IMG/VR virus record: IMGVR_UViG_3300032285_003860
Direction: 5' to 3' (one strand)
Length of the DNA: 64,000 nt
Origin: a virus
Below are positions 58,067-64,000 of the stretch, piece after piece (within the stretch, counting starts at the first letter, position 1; every line of letters begins with the position of its first letter). A model generated the notes under the pieces. It saw only the letters and a program-made list of their open reading frames with translations, did not search any database and had not been told where the DNA came from. The position numbers were made by a program, and so were the translations under genes.

Positions 58067-59054
58067 TATTTATAACTTCTTTTATTATATATTCTGCGAG
58101 TAATTTCGGAGATAAATTCTCGCATTCTCTTTTGCATGATTGAGATAAATTTTCTCCACCAAAAGCTTCTAAAAAATATGATGGACATTTCTTTCTGCAT
58201 TCTAAATGCAAATGACTTGGAAAAAATGAATTTCCAAGTTTAAAAAATTCTACTTTATTAATTAAACACGCTTGAAACAAAACAATGGGCTTATTTCTTA
58301 TATTAAATGCATGATGTACTCCGCCATCACTCATTATTCCATAATCCATAAAATCTACATTCCTTATTAAATTAAAAATGTCTCCTGTGTCTGGGCAATG
58401 CTCGTCTCCAATTCCAAAATTTTCTTGAGAAAACTCAAATATTTTTATTCTAGGATTGGAATATTTTAATGTTTTTACTAGCTCTTTCCATGATTCTAGC
58501 CCTTTCATACCATTAAATCTAAACCCTTTTCCATCGCAATGGGGGTGAGGCGTTGTTTTGCCTGAAAGTTTTGTGGTGGGAACAATTCCTATGTTAATAA
58601 AATTAGTATTATTTTCGTATTTTGGCACATTTATTTCTGATAAAAAGCTTTGTTTTTTATCAAAAAGTAGGTTTTCTAGCCCTAATTGAAGTAGGTAATT
58701 CAATGTGATTATATTTGCTGTTGGATGGTTTTCTAAAAGTTCAGCATTATCTTTCCAGAATGTAAACGTCTTTGGGTGCCAATCTGGATAAATTACCTTT
58801 ATATTTTCTATTTTCTCATCCGAAAGGGCGTATTGATGATAATTAACGTATATTTCTTGCTGATTTGGTTCTCTAACCAAGTCTACGTTTTTATCCAATT
58901 TAAATATATCTATAAGAAATCCATAAGTGATTACTTCTAGGGTGCAATCTGGATATACTGATTTTAAAATCTTGGGAACAAAAGTAAAAATTAAACTATC
59001 CCCAAGGTTTTTTGGAAATATCCATCTTGGAAAATATAATCGAATATTTTTCAT
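58014..59054 (-). CDS. GT9-like glycosyltransferase
   Basis: LGDSL...KILKSVYPD, W.ELV..L, SDGGVHH.....KPIVLF; likely start 59054. Confidence 0.7.
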   Translation of the reverse strand: MKNIRLYFPRWIFPKNLGDSLIFTFVPKILKSVYPDCTLEVITYGFLIDIFKLDKNVDLVREPNQQEIYVNYHQYALSDEKIENIKVIYPDWHPKTFTFWKDNAELLENHPTANIITLNYLLQLGLENLLFDKKQSFLSEINVPKYENNTNFINIGIVPTTKLSGKTTPHPHCDGKGFRFNGMKGLESWKELVKTLKYSNPRIKIFEFSQENFGIGDEHCPDTGDIFNLIRNVDFMDYGIMSDGGVHHAFNIRNKPIVLFQACLINKVEFFKLGNSFFPSHLHLECRKKCPSYFLEAFGGENLSQSCKRECENLSPKLLAEYIIKEVINNEKISNIQLGSWRSFQI

Positions 59055-59869
59055 TCTATTAACTCTTTTATTCCATTTTTTATATCTATTTTTTGCACAA
59101 AACCCATCTTTTTTATCTTTTCGCAATCTAAAACCATATCTTTTGTCTGTACTATTTTATGGAAATTTGACGCTTCTATAGGAGTAATTTTACTCGTAGA
59201 CCCTGTTTCTTTTATTATAAAGTCAATAATTTCTCTAAAGTTTTGTGGAATTCCGCTCCCTATATTTATTATCTGATTGTGGTCTGAATTATTAATACAT
59301 AAATTGATTGCATTGCATACATCAGAGACATGCATATAATCTCTTACAAATTGGCCATCATTATATAATTCTATATCTTCTTTATTTTTTATTTTTTTGA
59401 CAAGATACTGTAACGCATTTTTTTGTTTAGATATTCCTTTGTCATTCTTACCGTAAACATTACATAGTCGAAGTATTCTATATTTTATATTAAACGTTGC
59501 GCAATAGCTTATAATTAAATCTTCTGCGCATTTTTTTGTTATACTATAAAAACCTTTTGGATTACAGCAAAAATCTTCCTTCGCTGGTAAATCAACATTT
59601 CCATAAACAAACCAGCTGCTTATAAAATTAAAAGTAATATCTTTGTCTTTGCAGTGACTTAATACTTTTAATAATTTAATTAAATTTGTATTTACATCTT
59701 TGTAGATATCATCGAATACATGATAATTATGAGTGGTGCTAATCATGTATAGCACATCTTTAAATAAGGGAATATCGCCTGCCCTGTTGTGTATATGGGT
59801 AGACTCAGGGTACAGATTATAATAATTGCTACCTATAAATCCTGTGCCGCCAAACAAGTCAACTTTCAT
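59051..59869 (-). CDS. NAD-dependent nucleotide-sugar epimerase/dehydratase
   Basis: GGTGFIG, ISSWFVYG, YSITK..AE, RL.NVYG, RDYMHVSD. Confidence 0.88.
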   Translation of the reverse strand: MKVDLFGGTGFIGSNYYNLYPESTHIHNRAGDIPLFKDVLYMISTTHNYHVFDDIYKDVNTNLIKLLKVLSHCKDKDITFNFISSWFVYGNVDLPAKEDFCCNPKGFYSITKKCAEDLIISYCATFNIKYRILRLCNVYGKNDKGISKQKNALQYLVKKIKNKEDIELYNDGQFVRDYMHVSDVCNAINLCINNSDHNQIINIGSGIPQNFREIIDFIIKETGSTSKITPIEASNFHKIVQTKDMVLDCEKIKKMGFVQKIDIKNGIKELIE

Positions 59870-61160
59870 ATTTCGACAAAACTTCTTGAATATATTCTAT
59901 ATTTTCTTTTGATATTGTTGGGGAGCATCCGACAAAGAATACTAAATCCAGAACTTTATTCGATTCTGGATATTTTTTATAATCATCAAGGTGTTTATAG
60001 CCTTTATGCATTAGGAGATTGCCTGCAAAATAATTACGGGTCTGTATACCATTTTTCTCTAAATAATTAACTAGATTGAGCTTTTGAGTCTTATTGTTGC
60101 AAATGATAGGTACTCCAAATGGAACCCAATCTGTATCACTCAAGCATTTTGGAAATCTTATGTCTTTGACGTTGTCTTTGAACACTTTCCATATTTCTAA
60201 TAAATTATCTGCTCTTTTTTCGCAAATAAAGTCAAGCTTCTTTAACTGTTCTATTCCTATTGCCCCTTGCAAGTCTAAAGGTTTTAGATTGTATCCAATT
60301 CTATTGAATACATATTTATGGTCAATTATTGTGTCTGGAAAGTCACTTAGCCAGTTTGAAAATCTCTTTCCACAAGAGCCATTGGCTAAAAGATTACATG
60401 TTCCTACGCACCAGCAATCTCTTCCCCAAGTTCCATAGCTTCTGGCTAATTGAACAATTTGCTCTATGTCAGAAGATACCATTCCGCCTTCTAAAGTGGT
60501 TATTTCATGCGCTGGATAGAAAGAACATGATGAAGCTATAGCATATTCATTTAAATATTTGCCTTTCCATTTTGACCCAAGAGAATCGCAATTATCTAGC
60601 AAAAGAGTGATGTCTCCCATTTCGCATATATTTAATAAAACATCCATGTCTGGTGGATTACCCAATACAGGACTTAAAAATATTGCTTTTGTATTTTTGG
60701 TAATTTTGTTTTTTAATTTGTCAAGATCAAAGTTTAAAGTATCCCATTCAATATCTATAAATACTGGTTTCAGTCCATTTTGAACTATTGAAGATACTGT
60801 CGTTGGGAATCCCACCGCAGAAACAATAATTTCATCTCCGTCTTGCCATTTAAAATATTCTTTGCAAGCGGCAATTAAAAGTAAATTTGCTGAACTCCCG
60901 CTATTGGTAAAAAATGAGAACTTTTGATTTGTCTTTTTTCCAAATTCTTTTTCAAATTGGGCGCATGTTTCTCCAGAGCTTGACCATTTTCCAAATAACA
61001 AAGCTTCGATTGCTGCCGCCATTTCATTCTCATCAAAAAATGCTCCTGAATAATAAACTTTATTCTTTGGAGCATTCAGATTATGGCAAAACTTTGGAAG
61101 ATTTCCATGTTCTTCCTGTAGTTTTAATATGAAATTTTTTATGACTTCTCTTTTATCCAT
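59859..61160 (-). CDS. rfbH: NDP-4-keto-6-deoxyhexose 3-dehydratase (RfbH/DdhC E1 type)
   Basis: NSGSSANL, DNCDSLG, SFYPAH (His at the DegT Lys position), GRDCWC...C..RF Cys cluster, GYNLKP, TRNYFAGN. Confidence 0.85.
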   Translation of the reverse strand: MDKREVIKNFILKLQEEHGNLPKFCHNLNAPKNKVYYSGAFFDENEMAAAIEALLFGKWSSSGETCAQFEKEFGKKTNQKFSFFTNSGSSANLLLIAACKEYFKWQDGDEIIVSAVGFPTTVSSIVQNGLKPVFIDIEWDTLNFDLDKLKNKITKNTKAIFLSPVLGNPPDMDVLLNICEMGDITLLLDNCDSLGSKWKGKYLNEYAIASSCSFYPAHEITTLEGGMVSSDIEQIVQLARSYGTWGRDCWCVGTCNLLANGSCGKRFSNWLSDFPDTIIDHKYVFNRIGYNLKPLDLQGAIGIEQLKKLDFICEKRADNLLEIWKVFKDNVKDIRFPKCLSDTDWVPFGVPIICNNKTQKLNLVNYLEKNGIQTRNYFAGNLLMHKGYKHLDDYKKYPESNKVLDLVFFVGCSPTISKENIEYIQEVLSKYES

Positions 61161-61174
61161 AATTTATTATTGTT

Positions 61175-61900
61175 TTATCTATTAAATCCAATTTTATCGT
61201 GATTAACAAGGAATTTTAGATATATTTTTTCTGCCCCTTTGTTTATTTTCTCTGAATATTCTGGACTTCTGTTCTCATAATCATAAGTATAATTAACCAA
61301 AAGCTTTGGAATATTATAAAATTGATAATGTTTCACTGCTCTGCTAAATAAATCATAATCTTCGCTAACACAAGAATCGTCATATCCCCCGCATTTAGTC
61401 AATATTCTTTTGTTAAAAATTAAAGATGGGTGAGCCATTGGGTTGTTTCCAATATGATAACTGTGAAGAATTTGTTCGTGTGTTTCTGGATAAAAAACTT
61501 CTTTGACCCCATCTTTTGTATGAAAGAACATGCCTGTTCCGCAAACATCAATTTTATTTTCAATGACGAATGGCAGTTGAATTTCTATCTTATTTAATAG
61601 CCATTCATCATCACAGTCAAGAATTGAAAAATAATCACAATCAGTGATTTTCATTGCTGTAAAAAGACTAGTATTTCTTCCTGCCACTAATCCTTTTTCT
61701 GGGCTTTTTGCATAAATTATATTTTCATACTCCGATACAACTTCTAAAAGGTTGTCTGTCGAGGCGAGATCATTTACTATAACTATTTTATAATCAAACA
61801 TACCCTTTTTAAAGGCTGTTTGATTAACTATAGAATCAAGAGCTTTTTTTATTATTCCTGCTCCGTTTTTCACCGTCATTAAGATTGCAATTGTTTCCAT
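61175..61900 (-). CDS. GT2 glycosyltransferase
   Basis: SIVNQT, IVND, GL...RN, LDCDD, HPS, GGYD, EDYDL. Confidence 0.9.
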   Translation of the reverse strand: METIAILMTVKNGAGIIKKALDSIVNQTAFKKGMFDYKIVIVNDLASTDNLLEVVSEYENIIYAKSPEKGLVAGRNTSLFTAMKITDCDYFSILDCDDEWLLNKIEIQLPFVIENKIDVCGTGMFFHTKDGVKEVFYPETHEQILHSYHIGNNPMAHPSLIFNKRILTKCGGYDDSCVSEDYDLFSRAVKHYQFYNIPKLLVNYTYDYENRSPEYSEKINKGAEKIYLKFLVNHDKIGFNR

Positions 61901-61903
61901 TTT

Positions 61904-62512
61904 TTATAATAGTTCGTCTAATTTAAAGTCTTTTCTTTTAAAAATCGCGCAAAACACTCCTTCGCTATCGTAAATGTTATGAAGATTTAAATAACAAAAA
62001 AAGTCAAAATTGTTCTTGGAAAAAGTCTTTACCCACGTTTTTTTACATTTCCTATTTATGTGCGTTGGATCTTTTTCTGAGATTTCCAATACAAATTTTG
62101 CGTTATCTTCAAGCGGGACAGGTATTCTTACGAGAACAAAATTAGATTTTAAATTGGTTAAAATTTCATCGACTTCCTTCTCTGGAATATGCTCTAAAAC
62201 ATCTAAAAAGAAAACAAGATTTTGCTGAGGTATATTTTTTGGGTCAAAAACAGTAAAACCCTTTGATTCTGTGACTGACCTTGCCCAATTTGATATTTCT
62301 ACTCCATGGATTTTATTATAACCAATCTGTTTAAATCCCTGCATTAAAAAACCGACGGCACAACCATAATCAAGAATTGGTTGATTTTTAAAATCAAGAC
62401 CCATGCTATCAAAAAAAGAATCTATTTCTCTTGCAAGCTTGGCATATCTTTGGCCTCTAGAAAGATAATTTTTATAATTATTTGTCTCGTAGTATTCTTT
62501 TTCAAAGTTCAT
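61904..62512 (-). CDS. class I SAM-dependent methyltransferase
   Basis: ILDYGCAVG, GVEIS, DVLEHI, DPTHI. Confidence 0.88.
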   Translation of the reverse strand: MNFEKEYYETNNYKNYLSRGQRYAKLAREIDSFFDSMGLDFKNQPILDYGCAVGFLMQGFKQIGYNKIHGVEISNWARSVTESKGFTVFDPKNIPQQNLVFFLDVLEHIPEKEVDEILTNLKSNFVLVRIPVPLEDNAKFVLEISEKDPTHINRKCKKTWVKTFSKNNFDFFCYLNLHNIYDSEGVFCAIFKRKDFKLDELL

Positions 62513-63615
62513 GGGAAGTTTTTGTCTGGCATATCATTACATACGGTATGCAATAGTTTATTATTAAATTTATAATAGCAGTATTTACAAGTACTTTCCC
62601 AATTTTCGCCATTATTATTTTTTATTTCGTATGGGAAACCTTTTTCTTTAAAGTTTTCGTTTATTTTATTCCATGTGACAATAATGTCTTCAACCTTGCA
62701 TAAAGAATAGTCTAAATCATAATTTCTTTTATTCAAAACATGACTTGTGCATGTATAGACATGGTATTCATTTTTGCCATGTGGGTCTGGGGCAACATAG
62801 GGGCGAATCATTCCTACATAGCATCCATCATTAAATGGAGAGTCATCATATCCAATGTCTTTGATAAAGATTTTATTAAATTTGTCTACTTCATCAATCG
62901 TTTCTTGAAATTCCTGTCTTACACTTGCGTTGTTTCCTTTTATTAAGCAATTTCCTGCTATTCTAACGAATTTAATTTCTGGATTCAATTCAAGGACTTT
63001 TGCAATTCTTCTAATTGTCTCTGCGTTCGTGGGCGTATATTTCTTTCCAATTCTTGTTCCTGTTCCAGATTCTTCATCATAAATAATGTAAGAAAGACCC
63101 ATTTTATTGGCTGGAAAAGAACAAAAGTCATAGTCTTCTGGATTAAATCCTTCGTCTAGCTTAATTAAACTTATTCTTATCCAAGAAATTTTATCAAAGT
63201 TTTCTTTTTTAATTTTGTTTAGTTTTAGGGTATTAGTAATTATTCCAATAAAATAACCAAGTTCATTTGCATATTCTATGATTGAATTAATATCATCACC
63301 TGTGTCTTTGTCTCTATAAATCAAAGGCTCTCCTCCGCCGGTTATTTCTACGCTTTTTGCACCCAGCAACTTGAAATCTCTTAGAGTTTGCTTTATTTTT
63401 TCAAATGGCATATAGCTCTTAAGTGGTCTTTCTGCAACCGAGCAAAATGGGCAACCGCTTGAGCAAGCCTCAATTGGCGCGAGTTGAATAGTTATAGGTT
63501 TAAAAGTTCTATCTTTTTGAATTGAATGCAGAACGTCTGTATGTTGAAGAAGCTTATCTCCCCAAGTGCTGTATTTTTGGGTAAGGTCTTGATGTTTTTT
63601 TGTTTTGTTTTCCAT
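62509..63615 (-). CDS. radical SAM enzyme with C-terminal SPASM/twitch-like Cys cluster
   Basis: CSSGCPFC, TGGGEP, ITN, WIRISL; C-terminal C...C...CKYC. Confidence 0.9.
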   Translation of the reverse strand: MENKTKKHQDLTQKYSTWGDKLLQHTDVLHSIQKDRTFKPITIQLAPIEACSSGCPFCSVAERPLKSYMPFEKIKQTLRDFKLLGAKSVEITGGGEPLIYRDKDTGDDINSIIEYANELGYFIGIITNTLKLNKIKKENFDKISWIRISLIKLDEGFNPEDYDFCSFPANKMGLSYIIYDEESGTGTRIGKKYTPTNAETIRRIAKVLELNPEIKFVRIAGNCLIKGNNASVRQEFQETIDEVDKFNKIFIKDIGYDDSPFNDGCYVGMIRPYVAPDPHGKNEYHVYTCTSHVLNKRNYDLDYSLCKVEDIIVTWNKINENFKEKGFPYEIKNNNGENWESTCKYCYYKFNNKLLHTVCNDMPDKNFP

Positions 63616-63618
63616 ATT

Positions 63619-64000
63619 CTATTTTATTAGATAAGCAAATTTATCTCTATTTTTCATTACATAACTCGGTAGGCCAATTGAATCGTCTTTAACGATATGA
63701 AATCCATTTCTATCATAAGGGTCTCTCAATGAGTCTCTTCTTTCTTTTATTTTCTCGACAGACAGGTATTCTGGAGAATGATACTCGCTATGAGAGCTTG
63801 CGAGCATTTTATAAGCAATTTGATTTTCATCTCCTAAATGAGAAAAATGCCAGCCAGAATTGTAAATTCTATTAAGATGGTCTTTTGATTGCCTTACGTC
63901 ATTAAAGTTTTTATTTTTTAAATTTTTATATCTATCGCAAACAACAGAAGGAAACCAATAATGATTATCTGGAGACAATATCGGAGTATTCATATACCAG
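63619..64000 (-). CDS. 3' part of a GT17-like glycosyltransferase, probably truncated by the window edge
   Basis: GWHFSHLG...K...SHSE...LP.Y motif of the GT17 C-terminus; frame is open to the window end. Confidence 0.65.
   Translation of the reverse strand, partial: WYMNTPILSPDNHYWFPSVVCDRYKNLKNKNFNDVRQSKDHLNRIYNSGWHFSHLGDENQIAYKMLASSHSEYHSPEYLSVEKIKERRDSLRDPYDRNGFHIVKDDSIGLPSYVMKNRDKFAYLIK

Noticed and set aside
1-64000. Alternative genetic code (stop-codon reassignment), as in some large phages
   Set aside because: Coding density is near complete in code 11, and TAA, TAG and TGA all terminate genes at sensible boundaries
53983-64000. Host chromosomal LPS locus (prophage boundary)
   Set aside because: The genes overlap continuously with phage replication genes, have similar composition, and no att site, integrase or wzx/wzy is visible
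1-64000. tRNA or rRNA genes
   Set aside because: Intergenic gaps are short (under about 100 nt) and AT-rich, and no cloverleaf or T-loop signature was seen by eye

Overview
This 64 kb window is an AT-rich segment of a large tailed dsDNA phage genome, read in the standard genetic code. No sheath gene is seen, so the tail is probably non-contractile. Layout: (1) 1-30147 (+) virion morphogenesis: fibres, three signal-peptide proteins, neck/tail-completion genes, tail tube with a cUUCGg terminator, chaperones, a 2530-aa tape measure and tail-tip proteins. (2) 30148-34560 (-) an annealing protein, two glycosyltransferase genes sharing a split GT9, and an SSB-like gene. (3) 34608-44279 (+) two ~1600-aa putative virion proteins. 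(4) 44281-53617 (-) replication: Pol III alpha split into PHP, exonuclease and catalytic genes, a Cas4-like nuclease, primase, DnaB and RecA. (5) 53983-64000 (-) a nucleotide-sugar/glycosyltransferase cluster (Gmd, two SDR epimerases, RfbH, GT2, GT8-, GT9-, GT10- and GT17-like enzymes, a methyltransferase and a radical SAM enzyme). The best candidate for a new system is phage-encoded virion glycosylation: many glycosyltransferases co-occur with a strong directional [S/T]-G dipeptide bias in virion proteins. Other highlights are globular cassettes in the tape measure bounded by GxxPNFA-like linkers, Sec-signal TN-rich fibre-like proteins, and a recurring GTGTAA putative late promoter distinct from CTTGAC sigma70-like promoters. 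All product calls come from motif recognition by eye; no searches were run.
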